From the IMG/VR virus record IMGVR_UViG_3300031470_000049, positions 1 to 36,619 of that record: 36,619 nucleotides of DNA; one strand, written 5' to 3'. Position 1 is the stretch's first letter. The number at the start of each line of letters is the position of its first letter. The position numbers were made by a program, and so were the translations under genes. This document shows, piece by piece, positions 24,348 through 32,736 of this stretch. The stretch comes from a virus. Taxonomy: Duplodnaviria > Caudoviricetes. The notes beneath the pieces are model-generated. The model was not told the DNA's origin. It saw only the letters and a program-made list of their open reading frames with translations, and ran no database searches.

Positions 24348-26192
24348 ATGAATGTCAGCCAACAGATCGAAAGCCTTCGTGCAAATGTGGAAGCCGCTCA
24401 GAAGGAGTTCGATCTAGCTGTCTCATTTCACGAGACTTGGAGGCCAACCGCTTACGACGGCGATCTGCATGCAAGAATGAGCCACTGCTATGCTGGCCAA
24501 GCTTTCCTCGTCATTCGCACCGCCTTACGCCGCGAACTGATCCTTGCTCTGACGAAGCTGTGGGACTCTGACAACCGCGCAGTCCGAATGGATCGGGTAG
24601 CCGAATATATCCGGAACCCTTCTGTCATTCGCGGCCTAGCCGCCAGGAGCACATCTCGAGAAGGATGGCCGCCAGAACTTGCCGATGCCATCGAGACGGA
24701 ACTCACCAAGAAGGCCACCGACGCGCTCGTCCTGCTCGACAAGTATCTCAAGAACGGGCCGAGCCGAGGAGTTCACGACGGGTTGCAAGCCTTGCGGAAC
24801 GCCGTGATTGCCCATCGAGCAGTTCGTGCGGGTGCGATCGACAGGGCGTCTCTGACAGACGAGGAAATCGAGACCTTCTACCAGGACATGAGCGAACTCA
24901 TCCGTCTCCTGATGGGGCTTGCGCTCGCCACGGTTTACGATCCTCGCGAGACCGCCGGCGTTTTCGGTCGCTATGCATCGGAGTTCTGGGCCGGCACGCG
25001 TGGGGAGAAGACAGCGGGCCATCCGCACTATCGTGCGCCGACGACGTACAGAATGGGTAGAATGCGCTTTCTCTTCGCTATCACCGTTGCCCTGCTCGCC
25101 GCCGCACCGGCCTGCGCGGCCGCCGAGGCCCCAGCACCAGCCGACGACCGGGCCTTCACGCTCTGGCAGCGCTCGGTTCTCAGTGCGTTTCAGAAGGCGC
25201 GCGCGCACGAAGCCGATATCACGAAGGGGGAAACAGAGGACGCGCCGCGCTTTCCCGACATCGACGCATTCATGCCGCCCCAAGATATGCGAGTGCGTCT
25301 CCTGACCTCGCACTATGCCGAGATGGACGCGGTATCGGAGTGTCGGCAGGCGGTCCTTCAGTTCAGGTGGCTGGCCGCCGATCGCTCTGACGCGTCGAGC
25401 CTCTACGATCCCAAGATCGCCCAGGAGGTGCGCGATTACGTCGGCAGCGCTCGCCGCTGCGAGACGGACGCCAAGTTGCCGGCGATAGGGTCTCGACTTC
25501 GTGAGGTTGCTGACGTGATCGCCAGCACACCTTCTGCGCCGGAGCCGCCCCCCGCTTCCCTAGGGAAACCGCTGCCGCTCCACGTCGCTTCCGGCGGCAA
25601 GCTGGTGGATGTGACTTTGAACGAGGTCTTCCACCAGCGTCTGAAAGACGGCATCGAGGCGCGAACGGTGACGGTCTTCGCTCATCCTGGTGATGTGAAC
25701 GGTCTGCGGTCTACCGCGGCCTTTCTGGCGCGAGCTTATCTCGGCGTCTGCCGCCTGGACATGGTCAGGGTGCTGGTGCTTCGGGACGATCTATCGGACC
25801 AACTCAATCATCCAGGCACCTGGCTCGATGTGAACCGGATCGCCGCTGCCGATTACGATCCGAACAAGCGGGTGTTTTCGTCTACGTTCGATGTGGAAGT
25901 GGCGAAGCGCGTCCAGACCCTGGACGAGGTCGCCCAGAGTGAGTTCTACGACCAGCGATCACAGTACCATCAGGATCAAGGGATGACCGATCCTGACGAG
26001 GTTGACGCGGCCGCTACGAGCGACGTCGTGGCGAAATTCAAGCTCGGCAAGGACTGGCAGCTTCCAGGTGGGAACCAAACGGAGGCGATCGACGGGAGCA
26101 AGGTCGAGCTTCCGGAAGGTCTAATGGACAGCACCGCCATCAGCAGCGCGTTGACTCCGACGTGCGATCGCTACGCAGCGCCGAAGGACTAG
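24348..26192 (+). CDS. HEPN (AbiU2-like) domain fused in frame to a signal-peptide/TM segment and exported domain
   Basis: LALTKLWD and LRNAVIAH (24795-24815) motifs; no stop codon before MRFLFAITVALLAAAPACAA at 25062. Confidence 0.7.
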   Translation: MNVSQQIESLRANVEAAQKEFDLAVSFHETWRPTAYDGDLHARMSHCYAGQAFLVIRTALRRELILALTKLWDSDNRAVRMDRVAEYIRNPSVIRGLAARSTSREGWPPELADAIETELTKKATDALVLLDKYLKNGPSRGVHDGLQALRNAVIAHRAVRAGAIDRASLTDEEIETFYQDMSELIRLLMGLALATVYDPRETAGVFGRYASEFWAGTRGEKTAGHPHYRAPTTYRMGRMRFLFAITVALLAAAPACAAAEAPAPADDRAFTLWQRSVLSAFQKARAHEADITKGETEDAPRFPDIDAFMPPQDMRVRLLTSHYAEMDAVSECRQAVLQFRWLAADRSDASSLYDPKIAQEVRDYVGSARRCETDAKLPAIGSRLREVADVIASTPSAPEPPPASLGKPLPLHVASGGKLVDVTLNEVFHQRLKDGIEARTVTVFAHPGDVNGLRSTAAFLARAYLGVCRLDMVRVLVLRDDLSDQLNHPGTWLDVNRIAAADYDPNKRVFSSTFDVEVAKRVQTLDEVAQSEFYDQRSQYHQDQGMTDPDEVDAAATSDVVAKFKLGKDWQLPGGNQTEAIDGSKVELPEGLMDSTAISSALTPTCDRYAAPKD

Positions 26193-27022
26193 ATCGGCAG
26201 GAACCGCCCTGCCCCGTCGCTCGGTCGGGCGTGCAGGTACTTCGACGTCGTAGCGACCGAGGCGTGCCCGAGCCCCTGCTGGACCAGCGACAGCGGCGCG
26301 CCTCGATCAAGGCTGTGGCTTGCGTGGGAATGCCTGAGCCAATGCGGCGAGACGCCATTGGGTAGCCCAGCCCGGGCGGCCGCGGTCTTCACAATCCGAT
26401 GGACGGCCGACGGGTCGAGATGCCCGCCCTTTCGCGATCGGAACACGGGCCCATCGGCCGTGGCGTCATCACGGATCGCCTGCAGCATCGTCCAGGCCTG
26501 GCCATAGAGCATCACGGTCCGCGTCTTGCCGCCCTTCCCGAACACGGTGGCCTGTCCCCGGTCAGCTCCGCGCGTCGCGATATCGTGCCAGGCGAGGCCG
26601 CACAGCTCCGCCCGGCGAAACCCGGCGCCGTAAAACAGCGCGAGGAGAGCCCTGTTGCGCGGATCCTGCTCGCCGTCGATCAGACGCCGGACGTCGGCCT
26701 CCTCGAGGATACGCTCCGCCAGCACGTTCTTGACCGGAGGCGCCTGCAAGGTCTTCGACGGGTCGACTGCGAGCGCCCCTGTCCCGATCCCGAAGGCATA
26801 GAGCGACTTCACGGCCGAGACCGCGAGCCCGATCGTCGCCGGCGCCAAGTTGCCGAGCCCCGCGATGTAGTTCTGCACGTCCGCCACCGTGGCGTCGGCG
26901 AGCGGCTTGCCGAGGCGGGACAGCAGGCGGGTGCCTTCATAGGCATAGGCCGTGCGGGTGCGGGGGGACTGCTGGGATGCGGCCCAAGTGGAGACGAGGC
27001 GGCAATCGTCTGTCGGGATCAT
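26189..27022 (-). CDS. Tyrosine recombinase (XerC/D-like)
   Basis: Catalytic R (GFRRAE), K (GKGGK), HWLRH, LGH, Y (SKYLH); SAM-like N-terminus; 277 aa from ATG 27022. Confidence 0.93.
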   Translation of the reverse strand: MIPTDDCRLVSTWAASQQSPRTRTAYAYEGTRLLSRLGKPLADATVADVQNYIAGLGNLAPATIGLAVSAVKSLYAFGIGTGALAVDPSKTLQAPPVKNVLAERILEEADVRRLIDGEQDPRNRALLALFYGAGFRRAELCGLAWHDIATRGADRGQATVFGKGGKTRTVMLYGQAWTMLQAIRDDATADGPVFRSRKGGHLDPSAVHRIVKTAAARAGLPNGVSPHWLRHSHASHSLDRGAPLSLVQQGLGHASVATTSKYLHARPSDGAGRFLPI

Positions 27023-27204
27023 GTCGCTTGCTCCTGCTGGGCCGGCTCGCGGTCCCGCCGATCGAGGACGGTCACCCCTGCCCTCACCTGCTCCACGGTC
27101 AGCACCACGACGTTCTCGGTGTGAAAGCCCATCCACCACCGAGCGAGCGCGTGGCCGGCCTCGTGGTAGCAAGCGAGGCGTCGCCGTCCCTTGGTGCGGA
27201 TCAT
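27019..27204 (-). pseudogene. Truncated HEAGH metalloprotease fragment
   Basis: 61 aa with ACYHEAGHAL but no downstream AG..AE or D motifs; ATGA-coupled to the recombinase. Confidence 0.5.
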
Positions 27205-27262
27205 GGGCCGAAACCTTCCAACGAGGCCGAACGCAATCTAAGGAGCATTAGATTGCATAAGC

Positions 27263-27322
27263 CACGTTATAACGCTACCACGTGGTCACGTCATCAAGGA
27301 ATGTGCCACGTGATCACGTGGT
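27263..27322. repeat. 8-bp tandem repeats, putative parS/operator
   Basis: CACGTTAT AACGCTAC CACGTGGT CACGTCAT ... CACGTGAT CACGTGGT directly upstream of parA. Confidence 0.7.
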
Positions 27323-27342
27323 CGGGCGGTAGTGGAGGCGTC

Positions 27343-27978
27343 GTGCGGATCCTGACATTTGCCAGCCAGAAAGGGGGCTCGGGCAAGACGAGCCTTGCCG
27401 TGTCCACGGCGGTCGCAGCGGCCGAGGACGGCGAGACGGTGGTGGCGATCGACACCGATCCGCAGAAGTCCCTCTCGGCCTGGGGTAAGCGCCGGCAGGC
27501 GCAAAGCGTGAGGGTCGAGACGGTCGAGCCCTCACAGGTCCGTTCGGTGATCAGCGGGCTGCGGAAGGCTGGCGACACGAGTCTGGTCATCGTCGATACG
27601 CCGGGGTTCTTCGGGGCCGGTGTCGCCCTTGCGCTGCAGGATGCCGACTTCGTGCTCGTGCCGGTGAAACCGTCCATCCTCGATGTCGAAGCGGCGCGGC
27701 CTACCGTCGAGCAACTGCAGACGCTCCGAAAGACATTCGGTCTCGTGTTGAACCAATGCCTGTCGTCGAGCCAGGGACGGACGCTCGACGCTGCCACCGC
27801 ACTTGTCCGATCGGGCACCCTGGCGCCCTGTATGGTCGCGCTGCGCGCCGACTTCCTCGACAGCATGACGGCCGGCCTGGGGGTGACGGAGATCGCCCCC
27901 AAGGGCAAGGCTGCCACCGAGATCCGTCTCCTATGGGCCTGGCTGAAGGCCCGCCTCGTCGAGGTTTCCGATGGCTAA
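27343..27978 (+). CDS. parA: Type Ib plasmid partition ATPase
   Basis: GGAGG RBS, GTG start; deviant Walker A KGGSGKT, DTDPQ, IVDTP; 211 aa with no N-terminal HTH. Confidence 0.93.
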   Translation: MRILTFASQKGGSGKTSLAVSTAVAAAEDGETVVAIDTDPQKSLSAWGKRRQAQSVRVETVEPSQVRSVISGLRKAGDTSLVIVDTPGFFGAGVALALQDADFVLVPVKPSILDVEAARPTVEQLQTLRKTFGLVLNQCLSSSQGRTLDAATALVRSGTLAPCMVALRADFLDSMTAGLGVTEIAPKGKAATEIRLLWAWLKARLVEVSDG

Positions 27979-28402
27979 GACACCCCGCCCCTCGATCGCG
28001 GACCAGCTCGCAGGCATCGCCGCCACGCAACCACCTGATCACGTGACAACGCTACAACGTGATGATGCGACGATCCCATCACGTGAAAACGATGGAACCA
28101 AAGCGGCACCAGTCACCGAGACCTCGCCACGAACATCACTCTCGCAGCCGAGTTCAACGCCACCACGTGGTAACGTGACAACGCGACAGCGTGGGAACGT
28201 GACGGCTGAAGGGCTTAAGATCCGGCAGAGGATCGAGAAGCCGCACGTCTCTCTCTACGCCCATCCGCGCGTCTTGAAGAAGCTCCGTGAGATCGCCGCG
28301 GCCCAGGACTGCAAACCGCACGACCTCTATATCGAGGGCATCCGCTTGGTGCTGGCCTCGTACGGCTATGACTTCGACAAGCTCGAGACGGGCGAAGGAT
28401 GA
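27971..28402 (+). CDS. RHH centromere-binding partner of ParA (ParG-like)
   Basis: Overlaps the parA stop; flexible N-terminus, C-terminal HVSLYAHPRVLKKLREIAAAQDCKPHDLYIEGI. Confidence 0.75.
   Translation: MAKTPRPSIADQLAGIAATQPPDHVTTLQRDDATIPSRENDGTKAAPVTETSPRTSLSQPSSTPPRGNVTTRQRGNVTAEGLKIRQRIEKPHVSLYAHPRVLKKLREIAAAQDCKPHDLYIEGIRLVLASYGYDFDKLETGEG
28032..28203. repeat. Two further 8-bp repeat arrays inside the RHH gene
   Basis: 28032-28095 (8 units) and 28156-28203 (6 units), consensus (C/A)ACGTG(A/G)(C/T). Confidence 0.7.
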
Positions 28403-28420
28403 CGGCCGGCGAGCCCCAGT

Positions 28421-28972
28421 TTACCCCCGTGCCAATTGCGCTAGGCGAGCCCACCACGGCCGGTTTCTGAGCGCAGCCATCTCGGCACGGGCGGCATCGA
28501 GCTTGGCCTCCAGCACCGTCTCTCGCGCCCTGCCCTCGGCGGCAGCCGTTAACGTAGCAGCGGCGAACTGCCTAGCGATCTCGGCCAAGTCCGCCGTGAT
28601 CCGATCGGCGCGATCGCGCTCGGCATGCCGTTCGTCGCGCTCGCGGTCTCGCTCCTGGCGGGCTCCGTCGAGATCGGTGCGGAGATCCGCAATCCTCCGC
28701 TCCAGTTCCGCGATGCGGGCCACGTAGACGGCTACAAGGTCGGGCTCCGGGCGCGTCGCCGGCCGGGATGCGGGTGGATCACCGGCCGTCTCGCCTGGAG
28801 CACCGCCAGCCGGAATGCGGACCGCATCAAGCGGCACCAGCACCAAGGCTTTACCCTCGTTCGAGATGCGCTTGCCCCAGTGGTCGCGGCGCGCCCGGTG
28901 TCGAAGACTGTCGACCGTCATCCCGAGCAGGGCTGCCGCGTCTGCGTACGTAAGCCACCGGTCCGCCGACAT
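28421..28972 (-). CDS. HTH + coiled-coil plasmid protein
   Basis: WLTYADAAALLGMTVDSLRHRARR..W HTH, long coiled coil, RPWWARL terminus. Confidence 0.75.
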   Translation of the reverse strand: MSADRWLTYADAAALLGMTVDSLRHRARRDHWGKRISNEGKALVLVPLDAVRIPAGGAPGETAGDPPASRPATRPEPDLVAVYVARIAELERRIADLRTDLDGARQERDRERDERHAERDRADRITADLAEIARQFAAATLTAAAEGRARETVLEAKLDAARAEMAALRNRPWWARLAQLARG

Positions 28973-29280
28973 GGCTACCCTGGAATGCGGGGCCGTCATC
29001 CGGGTGGATAGCCGGGCGCATCGCCAGGTGATCAATCGCCGGGAAACTATCCAACCCTCGTGCAGGGGCATAGCCGGGCGCAGTCCGTCCGGGCATGCAC
29101 CCGTGCATGAAGACGCAACATGGTTAACGCTTGGTTACCGGGTGCACGGGTGACAGGCGTCACGGGCTGATCGTGACCGTTCTGACGTAGCTTGACGTTC
29201 TGTCGCGCCGCGGGCGTGATGCCATGTCGCGCGACTCACGAGTCGCGCGAAGATGCGAGGACGATGGCCGAATAAAACCG

Positions 29281-29368
29281 TGAACGAGAAAGAGCCCCGA
29301 GGCGCCAACCCCGAGGCTCTTTGAAATCGATAGAGACCGCTTCCGTCTCCTAACAAGCGGACGGTCTC
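29281..29368 (-). ncRNA. Predicted counter-transcribed RNA upstream of rep
   Basis: Minus-strand hairpin AAAGAGCCTCGGGG-TTGGCG-CCTCGGGGCTCTTT (29322-29289) pairs fully only with G-U on the minus strand; second stem GAGACCG/CGGTCTC (29333-29368); TTGACT at 29390-29385. Confidence 0.45.
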
Positions 29369-29460
29369 ATAGCTCGCCATGGCGAGTCAACGTGGAAATT
29401 CGCGTTTCCACGATCGAGATCGCTCGCGCTTGAAAACGGCCCTGACGAGGGGCAGGGGAT

Positions 29461-30135
29461 ATGTTCGCGGAAGAGATCCGGCGGGTGCTCAGCACCACGC
29501 CACGGGGGCGGCTTGCCGATTTATCGGCAGCCGTGTGGAAGGGCTTCGCGGCCGGAGCCGTGTCGGAAACCGACGCTCAGGCGCTGGCCGAGGCCATAGC
29601 GGCCCGCAAAGCGATCCCGGCGGCACTACCAGAGCGTCGGCGGGTTGGGAGCCGCCCACGAAGCCCGGAGAGCACGGAACGTCGCCGGCGCTGGACGTCA
29701 AGCGGCTGGCTTCCGCCGCAGCTCGCCGCGCGGTTCACCATGGCCGAGTGCGGGGTGTTGGCCGTCGTGGCGGCCGAGGTCGCGAAGCGTGGGCAGTCCA
29801 TGTTGACGATCGGCGCCATCGCGGGGCTCGCCGGCGTGTGCAAGGCGACCGTCCGGACGGCTATTCGGCAGGCCCAAGCACTCGGGCTGCTGACCAGCGA
29901 GGAATGGCGCATCACGTGTTGGCGCAACGCCCCGAACACCGTGAAGATCATCTCGCCGGAATGGCGGACCTGGATCCGCATGCGAGGTAAGCGATTGATC
30001 CCGCCCCGCGATCAAGGGGGTGGGTCTAAATCCCTGAACCCCACAAATACACGACTCTACAGAAGTCCTGAAAAGCAGTGGCTCTCTGAGAAAAAGGAAG
30101 CCGAGAAGGGGAGGGGCGATCGATGCTCGACGTGA
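29461..30135 (+). CDS. Putative plasmid replication initiator (winged-HTH)
   Basis: LPPQLAARFTMAE..VL.VVA.EV...G...LTIGAIAGLAGVCKATVRTAIRQA..LGLL...E.R....RN.PN; lies next to the par genes with a structured leader. Confidence 0.6.
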   Translation: MFAEEIRRVLSTTPRGRLADLSAAVWKGFAAGAVSETDAQALAEAIAARKAIPAALPERRRVGSRPRSPESTERRRRWTSSGWLPPQLAARFTMAECGVLAVVAAEVAKRGQSMLTIGAIAGLAGVCKATVRTAIRQAQALGLLTSEEWRITCWRNAPNTVKIISPEWRTWIRMRGKRLIPPRDQGGGSKSLNPTNTRLYRSPEKQWLSEKKEAEKGRGDRCST

Positions 30136-30427
30136 TCAGGAAGGCCCCACGCCGTCGCTCCGGGACTCGCTGGTGGCGATCCTGCCGTCGGGTTACTCAG
30201 CCCCGATAGTGCTTCGGTTGAAGCTGTCCACCATGGCTCGAACAGAGCGACGGCCGACGGTGTTGCGCACGAATGCCAGTGCGAAGGTGAGGGTTCTCAT
30301 TGGCGATCCGGGTCTGATGAGATCGGGCCGACAACGCGGGCCACGCCCAAATGGATGCCGAGCTGCGGCACCGTGCCGAGCCGGGCCAACTGCATCAGGG
30401 GCAGCTTGCCTGCGCGATGCGGCTCTG

Positions 30428-30570
30428 TGACCGTGGACGTGCTTCACGGTCAAGAAACGTGCAGACGCGATTGAAGCTTCGCAGCGACCGGCGGAGCCGG
30501 GTTCGGCACTCCTCCGAGCGAAGCGAAGGGACGGACGTGCAGACGCAATATGCATTAGGCCTAACGGCCT
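30428..30570. other. Possible oriT-like region
   Basis: IR TGACCGTG/CACGGTCA (30428-30452); ACGTGCAGACGC direct repeat (30457, 30535); CGCAATAT core next to IR AGGCC-TAAC-GGCCT (30557-30570). Confidence 0.3.
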
Positions 30571-30591
30571 TACGCAGCGTGCGAGATCGGC

Positions 30592-30987
30592 ATGGAAAAA
30601 CCAGGGCGAGACGCGCTATCCGGGGACAATGCCCACCGCGTGCGTGAACATCGCGCGCGACGTCGCGCTGCCGGGTTGATCGAAGTGAAGGTGTGGGTGC
30701 ACGAGTCCGATCGGGTACGCGCCTGGGCAGTGTTGCGTCCGCTGACGGACGAGGCCGATCAAGCCTTGGCGCGGCACATGCAGAAGGGGAGAACCAATCA
30801 GATCGCCGTCACGGTGCGCTTCGCCGACAAGCCGCCGAGCAAGTTCCGCAACACGTTACGCGAAACCTGGAACCTGACGTGGAACGGCGCACAGCGGTGC
30901 TGGCACGGCACGGTCGAGAATGCCGACGCTCGGGACGAATTGCGCCGGCACGTGACCCCGCGCGGAGGTCAGATCGAAGCGGACTGA
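30592..30987 (+). CDS. Hypothetical protein, possible mobilisation accessory
   Basis: RVREHRARRRAAGLIEVKVWV N-terminus; VRFADKPP...LTWNGAQRCWHG C-terminus. Confidence 0.65.
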   Translation: MEKPGRDALSGDNAHRVREHRARRRAAGLIEVKVWVHESDRVRAWAVLRPLTDEADQALARHMQKGRTNQIAVTVRFADKPPSKFRNTLRETWNLTWNGAQRCWHGTVENADARDELRRHVTPRGGQIEAD

Positions 30988-31129
30988 CAGAACCGATTGT
31001 CAACTATCCATCAACCTTGAACGCCCATGAAAGTGGTGTCCGCCGTTCGGACCTCTGTGGCGGTAGGCGGGGGAGGTCGCGTCCGTACTGGCCTCCCCCG
31101 AACGGCCCGATCGATTCGGGTACGTGTCT

Positions 31130-31342
31130 TTATCCGGGCAGCTTGAGAGCCGCCACCGCCTTCGTGAGAGCGTCTGCGGCCTTCCTGAGCCCGTCCGCGT
31201 ACTGTTGCGTGATGTCGATCGCCGCGCCGCCGGGAGGATGTTGCGTCACGCGAACCTGACGCATGCCGACGGGTTGCCAGAGCGCCCCGATGTTGAGCAG
31301 CTCCCGCTCTAATTCTTCTACGATGGGATCGTATTTCGCCAC
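31130..31342 (-). CDS. Small hypothetical protein
   Basis: 3' part of ORF 31130..31567; GTG 31342 after GGAG. Confidence 0.45.
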   Translation of the reverse strand: MAKYDPIVEELERELLNIGALWQPVGMRQVRVTQHPPGGAAIDITQQYADGLRKAADALTKAVAALKLPG

Positions 31343-31536
31343 TTCGGGGACTCCGCGTTTCCCCCGACTGATAACACGCGGTTGATCCACGATCATACCT
31401 GCCAGTACGGCCCATCGAACAGATCCCCCAGCGCCCGCCGGGCTCGGATCGTGTACCACCGGCGTCGGCGGTGCTCTTTGCCATCGTGCAGGATGTGGCA
31501 CCGCTGGCAGAGCGCCGCGAGGTTGGCAGCGCTGTA

Positions 31537-31574
31537 GAGGGCAGCGCGACCAGTGCGCGCTGAGCAACGCTAAG
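31537..31574 (+). repeat. Tn3 left inverted repeat
   Basis: GAGGGCAGCGCGACCAGTGCGCGCTGAGCAACGCTAAG, ending in the canonical ACGnTAAG. Confidence 0.85.
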
Positions 31575-31732
31575 GCGGACTGAACCGTGAACGCCGGCTG
31601 AGAGGCTGGTGAGTACCGAACGTCCGTTAGTCGGAGCGGCCCTTGCGGCCGTCTTGACCCTCAGAGGATATGCGAGGACTGGACGCAGCCAGAGCTGGCG
31701 AGAAGGTCCCGCGTGATACCTGGAGGAGAATG

Positions 31733-32655
31733 ATGGCCAGCATATTCGGAGCGCCGTCCACCGCAGACGCGGTTTTGCAAGGCGTCGATCTCACCGGCTT
31801 CCGGATTTTGGTGACCGGCGTTTCGGCTGGGATCGGGCTGGAGAGCGCTCGCGTCCTCGCCGCCCACGGGGCTTGGGTCGTCGGCGCCGCGCGCGATCTT
31901 GGCAAGGCGCGAGCCGCAACGGCACAAGTCGGCGCGGACGCATCATCAAGAGGTGGCCTTGAGCTCGTCGAGCTCGATCTCGCGTCCCTGGCGAGCGTAC
32001 GGGCCTGCGCCGACGCTTTGCTGGGGATGGGTGAGCGGTTCGACGTCGTCATCGCTAACGCCGGCGTGATGGCGACCCCAAAGGGGTGACCGCAGACGGG
32101 TTCGAGACGCAGTTCGGGACCAACCACCTCGGCCACTTCGTCCTGGTGAACCGCATCGCCAGCCTGTTCAAACCCGGCGGCCGGCTCGTCATGGTCTCCT
32201 CGGCCGGCCATCGCGGCGCTGATGTTGATCTGAACGATCCGAACTTTGAGCAGACGCCCTACGACCCGCTCACGGCCTACCGCCGGTCCAAGACGGCGAC
32301 CATCCTCTTCGCCGTCGAGTTCGACCGGCGCCACAAAGCCCGGACCATCCGAGCCACGGCGGTCCACCCGGGCGCGGTCCTGACCGAAACGACCCGCAAG
32401 CTGATCGAAGCCCAGCCCTCGGCCGCGTCCGCCTTCACGTGGAAGACGGTCGCGCAGGGCGCAGCCACGCCGCTCTGGGCGGGCTTCGTCGCTCCCGCCG
32501 ACGAGGTCGGTGCGCGCTACTGCGAGGACTGTCACGTCGCCGACGTGGTCGACGATCCAACCCTGTCCTTCGGCGTCCGCAGCTACGCATTGGCTCCTGA
32601 ACGTGCGGAGGCGCTCTGGCTCAAGAGTGAGGAGATGGTCCGCGAGGCGCTGTGA
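31733..32655 (+). pseudogene. Short-chain dehydrogenase/reductase (retinol-DH-like) with a 1-nt frameshift
   Basis: GGAGGAG RBS; TGVSAGIG, NAG, GFETQFGTNHLGHF, YRRSK; one G missing at aaGGGGtga (32083-32086) breaks ATPKG/VTADG. Confidence 0.85.
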
Positions 32656-32690
32656 CCCCACACCGGCCGAGAGCCCGGCGGACCTGACCG

Positions 32691-32732
32691 CGTCGCCAAT
32701 CTCGGCTTCCACCTTCCGCCATATTGGCGACG
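32691..32732. terminator. Hairpin between the convergent SDR and tnpR genes
   Basis: CGTCGCCAAT (32691-32700) / ATTGGCGACG (32723-32732); no U tract. Confidence 0.35.
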
Positions 32733-32736
32733 TCCG

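Noticed and set aside
26189-27172. Phage integrase with att sites
   Set aside because: Short XerC/D-type enzyme without an arm-binding domain, next to parA; no tRNA or flanking direct repeat seen by eye; the ORF-track extension beyond 27022 looks spurious
26977-27342. N-terminal extension of ParA (type Ia HTH)
   Set aside because: Overlaps opposite-strand ORFs and the repeat array; a good RBS and GTG lie at 27343
27263-28203. CRISPR array
   Set aside because: Units are 8-bp tandem repeats without spacers, and there are no cas genes
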